Assembly (NCBI RefSeq): GCF_009914755.1
Contig: NC_060943.1
Origin: the human T2T-CHM13v2.0 reference genome, Homo sapiens
Reading direction: 5' to 3' (one strand)
DNA length: 64,000 nucleotides
This document shows, in pieces, positions 63,784 through 64,000 of the stretch. Each line of letters begins with the position of its first letter. The stretch's first letter is position 1. Position numbers and translations under genes: made by a program. The notes under the pieces are model-generated. The model did not search any database. It was not told the origin of the DNA and worked only from the letters and a program-made list of their open reading frames with translations.

Positions 63784-64000
63784 CAAGGTATGAAGTTTTT
63801 CTAGACATGTAAAAGTGAGCATGCACTTGGGCAAAAACGAGAGTCATCCAAAAATGAAAACATAAGATTTAATTTCAGGATGGGAGTCTATGTCATCTTC
63901 TATTTGAATTTTCTGTTATTTCCTGAGTTCCAACTTTTTTCCACTCCAGATAATTCATACTATAATATTTCCATAAACCTGGCTCACAGAATAAAAGTTT

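Overview
Human genomic DNA (it carries an AluYb8-diagnostic segment) from an Alu-dense KRAB zinc-finger cluster. It contains the complete + strand gene ZNF274. Seven coding exons with GT-AG junctions sum to 1962 nt, i.e. 653 aa (KRAB-A/B, SCAN, second KRAB-A, 5 C2H2 fingers). The most interesting hidden structure is in the 19.7-kb intron 4. It holds a decayed KRAB-ZNF spacer/zinc-finger terminal exon (~35.8-37.85 kb) and a second CpG-island promoter (~44.3-45.25 kb) with a ZNF143-type motif. This suggests ZNF274 arose by read-through fusion of an upstream KRAB-ZNF gene that lost its fingers and a downstream SCAN-KRAB-ZNF gene. A second fossil ZNF terminal exon lies upstream (~5.2-7.6 kb). Both fossils contain sequences resembling the published ZNF274 binding motif, which hints at autoregulation. 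Other features are an RPS15A processed pseudogene, Y3 and U6 retrocopies, a polyadenylated LTR12 R-region retrocopy, an orphan CCAAT-rich CpG island split by a MER41A LTR, several local duplications, and many Alu/L1/L2/MaLR/DNA-transposon relics. Most short ORFs in the ORF track are Alu artefacts. Repeat-family calls and boundaries were made by eye and are approximate.
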